Source: Rhizodiscina lignyota (Eukaryota). From it: a stretch of 64,000 bases of DNA. Below are positions 1-12,661 of this stretch, piece after piece. Location: positions 3,100,001-3,164,000 of the forward strand of contig ML978121.1 of the NCBI GenBank assembly GCA_010015805.1, read 5' to 3'. Positions within the stretch are counted from its first letter, which is position 1. Every line of letters begins with the position of its first letter. The position numbers were made by a program, and so were the translations under genes. The notes under the pieces are model-generated. The model searched no databases. It saw only the letters and a program-made list of their open reading frames with translations, and was not told the origin of the DNA.

Positions 1-294
1 GCTGTAGATGATTTCCTTGAACGATTCTCGCTCGTCGCGCGAGTAGCCGCCCTCGTGGATCAGCTTCATCTGCTTAAGGATGGTGGATTTGCCGGATTCA
101 CCAGCTCCTAATAAGAGCACGGTCACTGAGCGGATGTAATTTTTTTTTTCTCAATAGGGTAGAGGAGTGAACTTACCGAGCAGCAGCATCTTGATCTCGT
201 TTCGCTGCATCATGCGGTCCTTCTTGAGCTGGTTTTCGATCTCCTCATTGCGCTGCTTGCCCTCCTTCTCCTCTGTGCTCATACCACAACCCAT
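1..294 (-). CDS. fadA: Heterotrimeric G-protein alpha subunit, class I (FadA/GNA-1/Gpa1 type), 5' part; runs off the window edge
   Basis: Reads [40 protein letters not shown], then intron 108-176 (GTAAGT..TAG), then [35 protein letters not shown]. Contains the P-loop GAGESGKST and an N-terminal MGC lipidation motif. Confidence 0.97.
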
Positions 295-494
295 TGTTGC
301 GAATGTGGTGGTCCAAGACCGGTGCGTGCGAGAAGTGAGAGGTGTTTGCGGAAGAGAAAGGGCGGGAGTGAGAGAAGGCGGTGTTGTGTGTTGCTTGTTG
401 CTTGCTCCAGGGGGTTTCGGCGGATTCGGATTTGTCACCGGTCGGAGCTGTTCGAACACCTCTGCGCGCGAAAAATTCGGCGAGTACGGAAGGG

Positions 495-740
495 CTGTCG
501 CGAGTAGTTGTCGTTAGTGAGTGCGACAGAAGAATCCGAGAGGGAAGATGGTGGCTTTGAGGCCCGAGTGAAGGGTGGAGAGTGGGTGAAGGTGGAGGGC
601 AGGAGCGCTGAGGCTGGTAGAGTGAAGTGAGACGTGCAGCGCGCCTCCGGGCCCGCTGATTGGCGGGTAGGCGGCGTGCCAAGCGGCAAGCTCCGTGCGG
701 GCTGCCTGCTGCGAGCGAGAGAGGGCGACGGCGAACTCAC
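495..740 (-). other. Probable 5'-UTR intron of the G-alpha gene
   Basis: Minus-strand CAG|GTGAGT donor at 740, CACTAAC branch site near 513-519 and CAG acceptor at 495. No minus-strand ATG between 295 and about 1030. Confidence 0.6.
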
Positions 741-2407
741 CTGCTGTTCGATTGCGCGTTGCGGCGATGCTTGAGCAGCGAAAGAGCAGAGTGTTTGGCA
801 GATGCAGCGCGTGGACGGGAGAGCAGTGCAAGCTGGAGGTAGAGACAGACTGCTCCGGACGGGCACAGGCGCGCTACGCCCGATGTGGAGCTGGAGAGCA
901 GTGGCTGTCTGCTGCTCGCTGCAAGGATGCGCCAGCACGCAGGTCTCAAATCTATATGCCCGACCTCACCACCCCTACAGCCTACCACAGCTACGCTTGC
1001 AAACGGCCCGCACCCAGCGTGAGCTTGACGCATTTAATTCACCGGAATTTGCAGGAGAGACGACGAGGTGTGACGAATGCTGATAAGCCGGGAGTCCGGA
1101 GCAGTCGAGCGCTCCAGCTGGGCATTGGAAGTGCGCTCGCGGTCACACACGATACTGATCGCCGCCGCCGCAAGATGGCATTGACGAGAGCGCTCTCATG
1201 CTGCACTGCACCAGCGCATCATTTCCCCATCCTGCCCTGCGCCGTTCGCCTGTTTCTACTGCCTTAGCCGCAATCGGCCATTAGGTGAAGCTACGCCTCT
1301 CCAGAAAGTCTTTTTCAGCGCCGTGCCGGGGTCTTTGCCCTGTCGCCCGCAATGCTCATTTCCCTCCGCTTCCTTCAATGCGCTCCCGTGCGTAGGGACG
1401 CGAGCCAGCCCAGACACGTCTTCTAGAGCTTCTAGAAAAGGGGGTCGTCTATCCATGATCCAGCATCGTACGACCAATCCAGCTCCACCGCTTTTGCAAA
1501 ATTGGTCCCTTGAGCGTTTGAGCGAGCTCGGCTCTGCCGACGTTGCAAGCCATCCATCGCCCACCTTGCACCATCGCACCTTGCAGAAAGCCAACATCGG
1601 CCCTCTCCAGCTCTGCAGCTGGATTTCAAATCGCCCATCTGCTATATTAGGTGCCTTTGGAATCTCTAAAGGCGGGTACGTATGTACATGATTCGCACCA
1701 ATATCTACTTCTGGCGGCATATACAGCGTGCACCATGCCTCCGAATCCGTCAGCGCTCATTTCAATCATCGCATCCTTTTGGAATCAAACTCAGACGATC
1801 GATCATCGAACAATGCCGGGTAAAACGCGTCTTCGGCTCTCCGCGCCGTCTGTTAAAGATGAGAATGATCACCACCAGGATCTTCCCCGGTAACCGTCCT
1901 ATATCAGACAGCACTATTAGATCACGGGGCACGGGGTGCGCTCGCTTCCGCTTTCGCCATACATAACGCTTCGATAGATCATGCTAGATGAACGATCTCC
2001 AACAAGGCTTGGGAGACCGTCGTTACAGCTCTCTCCGTAGTTATTACCTGGTGCATCATGCATGGAAAAAGCTTCTCGCATGAGCCTCAAATCCCTTGCA
2101 TGCGGCATTGACTGGTTTCCTTGCGTTCTCCCAGGTTACAGTTCGCTTGCTGCAACGACGGCTTTTATTCTCCTTCTCGACACTTTCTCCTTTGGTCCTT
2201 TCATTCAATTACCACTGTATGTCGTATTCCATTGCGATGAACGTATCAACAAGACGCAAAGGTCTGGGGTATCCAAAGCGCCTCCCGCAACCTTCAAAAG
2301 AGCGTCCAATGAAACGCCAAAACTCGCTCCAAACAAGCCGCACGCCAGCGGTCCCCAAACAAAGAAAGTACCGCCAGAGTCGTAAATTATCATATAAAAT
2401 CACAGCT

Positions 2408-4957
2408 TTACATGCTGAACACCCCACCCTTCTTCTTCCCCCTCGGATACACCAACACGGTGCTGACAAAAAGCCCGACTGTAATCGCAACGGCGATCTG
2501 AATGACACTGTATCCAACGGTCAAAACGACGCTGTTCAGCTGCACACTGCTCCCGTCGGTCGCGTTGCTTGCAACCGATACACCAGTTGTGTTGTGGGTA
2601 ATCTGGTCCGCAGAAGTCACGCCTGAGACCAAGCTCCCACTGACCGCCAAACCCGAAGGCACCTGCACCCAGATAGCGGGCAGCATAGCCGCCGCCGCGA
2701 GTCCGTACGTCGCGTGGTCGACCGCCTCGGCCGTGTGCGGAAGCGAAAGCTGTGAGCCCATCGGCGTGTCCGCGCCCTCTGTATATATGACAGGCGCGCG
2801 CTGGAACGCTCGAATCCCCACGAGGCCCAGTATCCTAGGCTTCACGTGGCGCCGACACCACCGGACGAGCCGCTGCTCATGAGCGTAGCCGAAGCGAGCG
2901 TACATGTTGGCGAGGAGTCCGACCACACACGCGCCGCAGGCGTTGGCGATGTTCTGGCCCTTGATATACTGGCTCACCCAGTAGTTTGTTTGGTAGCCGG
3001 CGAGCGAGATGATCATTTGGACGGGTGCCTGCTTCCATTTTGCCTGGTTGATGACGATGAGGCACAGAGTGAAGACCGGAACGGAGAGAAAGAACCAGTA
3101 ATTCTCCATAGGGTGGGGGCAATGCGTGGTTGAGACGGCATCTTTCCAGGCGACGCCAACGACGACAGATCCTGAAATATGTGAGTCAGCAGATGGCCTT
3201 GCGAGTGAGCCTATAGGGTCCTTACCTAAGGTGATACCAAAGCCAAGAAAGAGCGAATAGATCAGGGCATAAACCAATCGGATCGACCCCGCAACAATGG
3301 CCCCTGATTGGAGCTCGAGCGCGGCACATAGAACGGTGTAACCCGGCAGGATGAGGGCAATGCTGGACTGCGCGAGAGCTGAGAAGCAGAAATATTCGCC
3401 ATTGTGGATGGAGCCGAATACCCGTGCGAGCGCCGACGTCATAAAGGCTGCAATGATCGTAAAGCACGACGCCCACAGCTCGGACCTGGCGTTTAGGTAA
3501 TACTGCAAAAGTCCTACTAGACACCCCAGGATGAAAGCAATGGGCGTATCAAGCATTCGGGCCTGGAAGGCGAATGGCCCGACACTAGCAGCAGCGAGAC
3601 CATACATAAGGACCAGCCACGGCTTGGAATACTGAGGTTCGCGCTTCATCAGCGCGTGGAGCCGGGTAGTGCCCTCGCGAACAGTAAGGTCCCGATTGGC
3701 AACTCGCTTGTAGATGTTGTGGACGGAGTCCATGCGGCCCAGATCGACGCCCTGGTCTTCCCTGACGAGCTTTACTTCTGCGGTATGAGTGTTTTCATCG
3801 TCGAACGAGATGATCATGCAGCCAGGGATGTACAGGAATTGCCCACCAAGCTCCAAGGACTGTGCAGATGTCCGCATGTAGGCCTCCAGTCTGTGCGTTG
3901 GTGCTCCATACCTGATGAGGGCTCTGCATAGCTTGACGAGGTACTCCTGCTTGTCGATGGTCTGCGCGATGAGCGACTTGACCTTGTGTTCTTTCTCCTT
4001 CCTTCTCGCCAATTTCCTGCCAATGTGGCTTGGTGTCCAGCTATCTCGGTTCTTCCTCTTCCGCTCCTTTTCCTGGCTCTTCTTATACTCCTCCAACTTG
4101 TCGTGGACATGTTTCTTAAAGTCGTCCGCAATGTCCTTCTGGGAATAAGGTAGAGCGAGATTGGATGCCGAGGAGAGGAGTTGGCTGACGCTGCTCGCTG
4201 AGTGGTTACGGTGAGAAGAAAAGAAGTGCCTGGGTGTAGCAGTTCCAGACGAGGGAGCTGATGGAGGCGGGGAGACTGCAGGTGTCACTGGAGTGGAAGC
4301 ACCGCTTGCATCGTCGCTTCTGGCATTCAATCTCAGGAGGAGCGAAAGCAGTCCATCTCGAGCTGGCGCCTGTCGCGGAGATGACTGCCCGGATGCCAGC
4401 TCAACATCCTCATCGTCTGGAGTGTATGACATCCTGTTGGTTGTGAAATGCCGCACAAGGCGATTGGCTTCGGCATGCCCGTTCGTTCTTTCGAGTTCAG
4501 GAAATCCTTCCTCCTGCTCACTGTGAGTCTCATGGCTAAGCTTCTCGTTGATGACTTCTAATTGCTGGCTATCGAAGGGACGGTCGTGAGCGCTACTATC
4601 GAACCTCACTCGGTTACTACGGTCGCTTCTTTCAGCCATCTCGTGCTCTTCGGGCTGGCTGTATCCACGCAGCGCTGGCCGTGGTCGCCTAACCTGTGGC
4701 AAGGAGGCGCTACGGGCGTGGTCTGGAGTGCTTGAATGAGACGGTTCGCCGCTCTGACCACTCTCACGGGGGGTATTCGTCGACCCAGAGCCATCTCTGC
4801 TGAACTGAGTCGAGTTTCGAGGCGTTATCTGCGGCGACATGAATGGATCGTACCCCCGTTCGAACGGATTCAGTAGTTCATTGGCAGGCGTCGCCGTAGC
4901 GGAAGATTCAATATCGGAGTCATCTTCGAAATGAAAGCCCCTATGGGCTACTGGCAT
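2408..4957 (-). CDS. PRM10: Pheromone-regulated membrane protein 10-like, ThrE/DUF1212 (threonine/serine exporter) family
   Basis: LCRALIRYGAPTHRLEAYM...FLYIPGCMIISFDD, FCFSALAQSSIALILPGY and AMLPAIWVQVPSGLA motifs, multiple TM segments. A 54-nt in-frame intron lies at 3172-3225. Confidence 0.9.
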   Translation of the reverse strand: MPVAHRGFHFEDDSDIESSATATPANELLNPFERGYDPFMSPQITPRNSTQFSRDGSGSTNTPRESGQSGEPSHSSTPDHARSASLPQVRRPRPALRGYSQPEEHEMAERSDRSNRVRFDSSAHDRPFDSQQLEVINEKLSHETHSEQEEGFPELERTNGHAEANRLVRHFTTNRMSYTPDDEDVELASGQSSPRQAPARDGLLSLLLRLNARSDDASGASTPVTPAVSPPPSAPSSGTATPRHFFSSHRNHSASSVSQLLSSASNLALPYSQKDIADDFKKHVHDKLEEYKKSQEKERKRKNRDSWTPSHIGRKLARRKEKEHKVKSLIAQTIDKQEYLVKLCRALIRYGAPTHRLEAYMRTSAQSLELGGQFLYIPGCMIISFDDENTHTAEVKLVREDQGVDLGRMDSVHNIYKRVANRDLTVREGTTRLHALMKREPQYSKPWLVLMYGLAAASVGPFAFQARMLDTPIAFILGCLVGLLQYYLNARSELWASCFTIIAAFMTSALARVFGSIHNGEYFCFSALAQSSIALILPGYTVLCAALELQSGAIVAGSIRLVYALIYSLFLGFGITLGKDPIGSLARPSADSHISGSVVVGVAWKDAVSTTHCPHPMENYWFFLSVPVFTLCLIVINQAKWKQAPVQMIISLAGYQTNYWVSQYIKGQNIANACGACVVGLLANMYARFGYAHEQRLVRWCRRHVKPRILGLVGIRAFQRAPVIYTEGADTPMGSQLSLPHTAEAVDHATYGLAAAAMLPAIWVQVPSGLAVSGSLVSGVTSADQITHNTTGVSVASNATDGSSVQLNSVVLTVGYSVIQIAVAITVGLFVSTVLVYPRGKKKGGVFSM

Positions 4958-6884
4958 TGTTCACACCTCTCGCTCCTAATGGGATGTTGGACGACGGATT
5001 GGCCGGAAACGGGACTGTGGCGTCGATTCTCTTTGTGCTTTGCTATATACAAAGGGCAGCGTAGCAATAATATCGCGACAACAGAAAGAATTTGAGAAAG
5101 TTGAAAGTGAGGAAGAAGTTGCAAAGTAGAACGACGCGAGTTGATGTAGCAAAGTACGGGTACGACGATAGATTGAGGTTACGGGAAGCTAGAGGCGATC
5201 GCCGTTACAAAGGCAGCCACGAGTGGGCGATCTGCGGATGGCTCTAACTAGGAAAGTAGCTAAAATGACAATTGGCGAGCTTCCCACTGGTTCCACATTA
5301 CTATTTTTGATAAGAACCTTCAGGGAAAAATGGAACGGTCCCTGATGGTGGGGTGGGACTTCCATACGAAGCGGCGAGACTGGCTAGCTGGGTGAGAGCA
5401 CGCAAGCGGGCCCACCAGCAACGGGTACCAGAGCTGCTCATGCTGAGAGAGCATCGTGCTACCTTGATAGGTACTCTTGCCCCATCATGGGAATTCATTG
5501 TGCAGTTATCAGTGGTATCAGACCGCTCAGAGTGGCGGAGTGAGACGACTCCAATTTTTCCCACTCGTACCCACTGCTCGTCGGCGGGTCCGATGACTCG
5601 CGATAGCATCACTCGCCAATTGCTACGGAAGCATGTGAATTCCTGCGCCTGCAGCGGCTCGCTGCGGCACTATGCAGAGTGAGTATTCGCCATCCGTGGG
5701 AGCTGATAAAGCCGTGAAAATCTTTTAAAGAAGTGCGTAGATATGAGTGATAGCGGATGGAAGACTGGAGAAGGCCGGAAGAGGCAGACCAAAGCCGCAG
5801 CGAAAGGATGGGCCGAGAAGAAGCCGGGCTAGCGACCTCTCCTTACCTCTCAACAAAACCTCTTGCCCCTTGATTCGTGAGAGAGCCTCAGCTGCAAGCG
5901 TCAACAACGCGTCCAGGGCAACGCGTTCCTGCATGGAGTTTCAGCGTGGCTGCACTCGCCAAGCCATCCAGGTACCAGCGATTAGAGAAGCTCTCCTAAA
6001 GGAGGCAACGTCCCCGATCTGGATGACGAGGCTGAAAAGATTCCTCCGAGTGCTCCTTTTCGGACACTGTCAACTCCACCATTCTTTGGGCGCTCATGAC
6101 TTACATACTGTCCGAAAGACAATAGATTGCTAGTTCTCAAACAGAAGGCCTTCTCTCCCGGCTGTGCAACCACTAATGGGCCCCAAGAATTGTCGACATT
6201 CAAACGATCCTCGTACTCAGACTGCCTCGTTGAAGATGCACCATACCTTGGATTCATGTCCGGTGTCATCATACACTCACGCTCTATCATCTCACTTATT
6301 ACTTCGCGGTGGTCTTCGCTCCTGCATATATCGTTTCAACGCCCTGCGCAGCCTTTTAGGAATTTTCGCGCCGTACCTGAAATTCTTTAAGCGCCCAGTG
6401 AGCCGGGCACGAGCCTCGCGGCGGGTAGGGCCAACCAACCACGACGGATCGTTCTAAAACTTCATCTTTCCTCTCATCCAACGATCTGTACTTGCTTCCT
6501 TTATGGGCGCTAAGAAATGTCCATTAGGATAGCGGTGGAGATGGATGCTATGACGTTTTCCTTCCTGTTACTCCTGTTACGCCACATGCGACACAGCGTA
6601 GGCGCTTCTGAGGCCCAAGGCCTCTCGCATAGGTGCTGCTTTAAATCCTATTGATTCCGCAATGTGCGATTGTTTTGCAACTCTGGCCTTTCGTCATGAC
6701 CGTCATGAGATAGCATTGAATTCTCATCTCCTTCCGTTTCGTTGTCCTTTCATTTCCTTTCATTGCGGATCTGGGTAGCTGCTGGACAGCGTTGTCGTAA
6801 TATTGTTTCTATGTTCATCCAGTACTCCCCCTATTGCTTAAGCTCGTCTTTCAATGGCTAACTGGAATTTAGAAGTTGTACAAT

Positions 6885-9440
6885 ATGTCTTTCCTCATTC
6901 GAAAAAGACTGCTTTTCCTGGCCCCATTAATGACGAATGCTCTGCCACAATCATCTTCGACTTCGATACCGCAGCTGTTACAAAACAGTGTGCCAAAATG
7001 TGCCTGGAACTGTCTATCATCATTCATTCAAGATAACTTCCCCAAGTCCATATGCTCAAATCCCGAGGATGTCGATTGCCTCTGCAGTCACGAAGGAGTT
7101 GAAGGGTATACTTTAGGAGAAGGAGCTTTTGTCTGTGCCCATCAGAATTGTCCCAGCGAGAGCGAATCAAAGATCAATTCAACATACACGATATGCTCGA
7201 GTCAGCCCAACGCGGTTAAGCCTACCAACTCGTTGCTTCCCGTTACATTTACGACATTGCAAAGTGGAGCTCCTTCAACACAAACCTCGATGATCACTCC
7301 GACCGCTGTTCCAAGCGCTTCTCCTACGGTAGATCCAACCACGATGACGACTTCCGCCACGCCAGTCTCTGCTCCCAAGCATGGATTGCAAATGTCCCAG
7401 ATAGTAGCCATCAGCGTAGCATGCGGTGCTGTGGTCATCATATCAATTGGCATTGCTGCTATTCTGACCTTCCTTCGCCGTCGGAGGCGTCGACTGAAGC
7501 TCGGTAGCGAACCGTTGCCATCTGCCGAGTTCAAACCGCCGCCACAGGCGAATGCTCAAGCCCGACCGGAACGAACAGGACTGGGCCTAGCAATAAAAGA
7601 CCCGAGAAGTGGAAGGGACCCGAGAGGGGGGGCTGGTGGAGTTGGGCTTGCTCCAGTACGATATAAGGCCATTCTTCCACCAGCAAATCTCTTTTCAGTC
7701 CAGCAATATCCGCAGAGACCTGATGACTTTGGTGCAAGTTTGGGTACGCCAGCAATGGGGAGCACTGTAGTTGCGGATAGCCGCCAACAGGCAGCTCCTG
7801 TAACATTGGCTCAAAGTACTAGAGATGAACGGGCAGCGGTTCACCACGCTCCTATGCCTCACAGCGCCGTTCCATCTGTAGCTGCGTCATCTCACTACTC
7901 CACGGATAGAGCTTTACCATCAGCTTCTGTCCGGCACGAATCAATGCAGAAACCAGAGCCAATACAACGACATCCGAGTCTCTTACTGCCCGCAAAGCCT
8001 GACATGGCTCTCTTAGCACAGGACAGACCATACAGTGTTGCTTCACAAATGACACAATTCGAGGAGGATGTACAAAGCCCTACTGTACCAGCAGGAATAT
8101 CCAACATGTCTATATTCCCCATTGCGACCAGCAGCTCAGAGTGCACTACGGACAGCTCTCAAGGGGGCACATCATCGAGTAAAAGCCCTCCGGCGAGCCC
8201 TCCCATCTCACCCAATAGAAAGTCAAGGGGGCCCTCTTTAAGAATCAGCATACCTGGACAACCAACTTCACGTCCACCAGGGCCGCTGGTAATCCCTCCT
8301 CCTCCACCTCGTCCTGCTGCGACGGATAAGTCGAAGCAAAGACCGACGCTAGCGAAAGCAGGCGCCACAGGCCTTCCTTATTCCTCTCCTTCGAAGAACG
8401 CACCCGGGACGCAGCGAGGTCGGCCTTCACTTGTAGATCCTGCTGTTCAATTAGCTTTTCCACCTCCACCGCCTCGGACGAAGCAGCAGAAGTCGTCGGT
8501 CCAAGTTGGAACCCAAGGGGGAGTGAAAGTATATATAAACCCTTCGTCTCCGCCGCTGCAGTTCCCTGTTCCTCCATCTGGAAAGGTTGTCGCTGTCGCT
8601 GCACCTGCCAAAGTTCAGCATGATCGTAAAGACAGCATTAGTAGGCGTGGCTTCAGCCAGCCGAATACAGCGGCATTCCAGTCCGCACAGCGGTCAGCAA
8701 CTTCACCAAGAGGAAACATGGGACCTCTCACCGTGAATGGCGAACGCATCAACTATCCGAGCGTTCCAAGGCCGTCAGCATCTCCTACAGCCTCTTTTCA
8801 AATGCCGTCTCCTCCAGCTTTCTTCCCAATGCCTTCCCCGCCGGCGTCATTCCCACTTCCACCTCCTCCGCCAATCCGACCTCCAGCAGCAGCATCAGGT
8901 ATTGAGTCAAATCGAAGTTCTCAAGACACCTCCTTCAGTAACGTATCGTACGGCTCTGCGAGTAATTCCCTCCTGGCCAAGCGTAGAGGTTCCGAGCGAG
9001 CTGCTGCTTTGGAAAGGCAACTATATATCAACAAGTCGAATTTCCGCGGCAGCGGAAACCAAGCGGAGAGTAATGCACTGACCGGGTCTCCGAAGGTATT
9101 TCGCGGAGCGGGCCATGGACGCACCGACAGTAAAAGCACTGTTACTCCGCCACTGGGATCGGGTACTTCTCTCGGCCCAGGCTCAGGAGGTCGGGTCGGT
9201 GGGTGGCAATCTGTCGAAGAGATGAATGCACGGAGAGGGCCTGCGCAACCACTGCAGAACCGAGGGATGCAGAGCGCTGCTGTAAAAGCATCAGGCCCGC
9301 AACACCAATACGTTGCCTATTTCCCGCCACCGCCGCCGCGACCAGTTGCTCGAGAAATTGAGGCTCCAATGCGGAGTCCAATGCCCACAAGGATGACACC
9401 GACGCGGCGAGGCGAGGACTTGTATTTATCCGTCAGTTGA
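6885..9440 (+). CDS. CFEM-domain single-pass membrane protein with a long Pro/Ser-rich cytoplasmic tail
   Basis: Signal-like N-terminus, 8-Cys CFEM pattern (PKCAWNC...C...DCLC...C....C...C), Ser/Thr stalk, TM IVAISVACGAVVIISIGIAAILTFL followed by RRRRRR. Confidence 0.85.
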   Translation: MSFLIRKRLLFLAPLMTNALPQSSSTSIPQLLQNSVPKCAWNCLSSFIQDNFPKSICSNPEDVDCLCSHEGVEGYTLGEGAFVCAHQNCPSESESKINSTYTICSSQPNAVKPTNSLLPVTFTTLQSGAPSTQTSMITPTAVPSASPTVDPTTMTTSATPVSAPKHGLQMSQIVAISVACGAVVIISIGIAAILTFLRRRRRRLKLGSEPLPSAEFKPPPQANAQARPERTGLGLAIKDPRSGRDPRGGAGGVGLAPVRYKAILPPANLFSVQQYPQRPDDFGASLGTPAMGSTVVADSRQQAAPVTLAQSTRDERAAVHHAPMPHSAVPSVAASSHYSTDRALPSASVRHESMQKPEPIQRHPSLLLPAKPDMALLAQDRPYSVASQMTQFEEDVQSPTVPAGISNMSIFPIATSSSECTTDSSQGGTSSSKSPPASPPISPNRKSRGPSLRISIPGQPTSRPPGPLVIPPPPPRPAATDKSKQRPTLAKAGATGLPYSSPSKNAPGTQRGRPSLVDPAVQLAFPPPPPRTKQQKSSVQVGTQGGVKVYINPSSPPLQFPVPPSGKVVAVAAPAKVQHDRKDSISRRGFSQPNTAAFQSAQRSATSPRGNMGPLTVNGERINYPSVPRPSASPTASFQMPSPPAFFPMPSPPASFPLPPPPPIRPPAAASGIESNRSSQDTSFSNVSYGSASNSLLAKRRGSERAAALERQLYINKSNFRGSGNQAESNALTGSPKVFRGAGHGRTDSKSTVTPPLGSGTSLGPGSGGRVGGWQSVEEMNARRGPAQPLQNRGMQSAAVKASGPQHQYVAYFPPPPPRPVAREIEAPMRSPMPTRMTPTRRGEDLYLSVS

Positions 9441-9629
9441 TTGGGCGGTTTACTCCAAGCGGCGTTCGATTGCATATATTTTTCAATTCCTTGTATATAT
9501 TGTAATATACCCTTGAGACAAATACTCGAACTTGTAGAATGACATTGATATTATGTGGCGAAATCAGCTATTACCGATGACCGGATACTATTTGATACTG
9601 AGAAAGGCAGAAACTCTTGGGAGGCACCC

Positions 9630-10544
9630 CTAACTGCTCTCATAGACTTCTTGCAAAAACTTGACCGCTGCAGAATACGCCTCTTCTCTCCTTTCATTCT
9701 CCTTTGTGCCTTCTTTCCATGCTACAGGCTGTTTGTCAAACGCATGATCAACGTCGTCCAGTCTCTTGATCGTCACCTTCTTTCCTGCTGCTTCAGCCTT
9801 TCGCGTGAACTCCTCGGCCTCTAGTGCCAGCGAGTCCTTTGCGCATGTCACCGTCAGGATGTTTTGCGGAACGTCATGCGGATCCGCGCGAGCCGGTGAC
9901 ACCCTTGGATCTGCACGATCCACTCCAGGTGGGACGTAACAGTCAGCAAGTATATTCAAGAGGAAAGGCGGTATTGTCGGAGCGCCGCCATATGGCGCCT
10001 TTTTCTCCGCCGGCGGGGTACTCCAGTCGAGGACAGAATAGAAAGTCATGATGGATCTGAGACGGTCTCGCGGAATCGCGCTTTCTCGATTCGCCGTTAT
10101 CGAGAAGGCCAGGTTTGCTCCAGAGCTGAATCCAGACAGTACAACGTTGTTCGTATCGTATTCTTCCGGCTTTGAGAAGACGTAGTTGATAGTATCTGCC
10201 ACGTCTTCAAGCGCAGCTGGGAACGGATTCTCAGGAGCCAGGGTATACGACGCGTCGAGAACAGTGTATTCCGAGTTCTTGGCGATATATTGGCAGAACC
10301 CTTCGTCGGCGCCGTGGGAGTCCATCATGAAACCGGTGGCAACCCAGTTGATGACCACTGGGCTCGGTTTGCGGGGGGTAGCTGGCCGGTAGACATTGAT
10401 TTTGATCTTCCTCTTCGTCGAAGAGGAGTCAATATAGAACGTGTCGTCTGGAGCTTTCGCGCGCGGGTTCGTAAACCGAGTCGCGGCTCTTAGGAGAGTG
10501 GCGAGGGCTTTCAGGCGGATATACGAGAGATATGAATGACTCAT
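9630..10544 (-). CDS. Alpha/beta hydrolase fold-3 (HSL-family) esterase/lipase
   Basis: YTLAPENPFPAALED, nucleophile elbow GFSSG, DPRVSP, AKDSL (Asp) and DHAFD (His). Intronless, 304 aa. Confidence 0.9.
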   Translation of the reverse strand: MSHSYLSYIRLKALATLLRAATRFTNPRAKAPDDTFYIDSSSTKRKIKINVYRPATPRKPSPVVINWVATGFMMDSHGADEGFCQYIAKNSEYTVLDASYTLAPENPFPAALEDVADTINYVFSKPEEYDTNNVVLSGFSSGANLAFSITANRESAIPRDRLRSIMTFYSVLDWSTPPAEKKAPYGGAPTIPPFLLNILADCYVPPGVDRADPRVSPARADPHDVPQNILTVTCAKDSLALEAEEFTRKAEAAGKKVTIKRLDDVDHAFDKQPVAWKEGTKENERREEAYSAAVKFLQEVYESS

Positions 10545-11447
10545 TGCGTCTTCCGAGGTGCGATTTCGGGAGGGCTTGGTGATGAGCGTGGATGAGAGTT
10601 TATATCGTAGAACAATTTACCGGAGATGCTGATATGTCCGGCGGAATTGAACACAATTTTACAGGGAAAGGCAATCGATAACATACTTGCCTTTCTGACC
10701 CCTCCATGTAAGCATTTAGGAGCAACCGAACTGGGGAAATGCCAATCACCATAAGGGACTCGACGCGAGGAGAGCCCCTGGCGACTGGGCCACATCGGAA
10801 GCAATAGAGTGGTATCCTTGTAGCACACGGCACACCGAAGACCCGAAGCTCTGCTGGATTTCGAGTTGTCGGTATGTAAGATGCGAATCATCTATCTTGA
10901 AACGTACAGTCGGATCAAGGGATGAGACGAGCTCCTAGCTCTCACAGGAGGTAGGGATTCTATTATATGATCTTCGATTATATAATCCGAGCCCCTACTG
11001 CACATGAAGTTAGTCTGGAGTCGGTGATCAGATCAGACGTGCGGTCGACGTGCGGCCGACATTTGGATGCGGCCGACCGAGACTTAAACGGAACCATCTT
11101 TTTTCTATCCAATCAAAATGCGGTTCGATAACAATTCGAACCTCTTCAGCAGCTTCAACATCCGCTTCATAATACATGTAACAACGAATTCGCCTACATG
11201 ATGGATTATATTCCGCAACGAGATATTATATGCTGCATATATCACCCACGATCTTCTTCGTCTTTACATGCATTTCAAATCAGACCGCAACCCTAACCCT
11301 GACGGCCTGCACTCCACTGCCGACCAGGCCTACCACGGGCCGGCATCGCGTCATGCATCCTTTCCTCCATTTGTCATGCCTTGATAGAACTCTGTATTGA
11401 CCATCTTGTGATGGTTTAACAGCGTTTACCATTTCCAGTAACGAAAG

Positions 11448-12540
<1,093 letters not shown>

Positions 12541-12661
12541 TAGCATTTCTGCATTTGGGTCACGGACTTCACAAGCTAGAAGTAGATCTTCATTGTTCCC
12601 TTTGCACATTTGATTTTATTCTTGTTGCTGATGTCGAACAAGAGGCCGAACAGATGCTGCA

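Noticed and set aside
11289..11300. AACCCTAACCCT telomere-like sequence
   Set aside because: Only two units; compatible with chance or a simple telobox.
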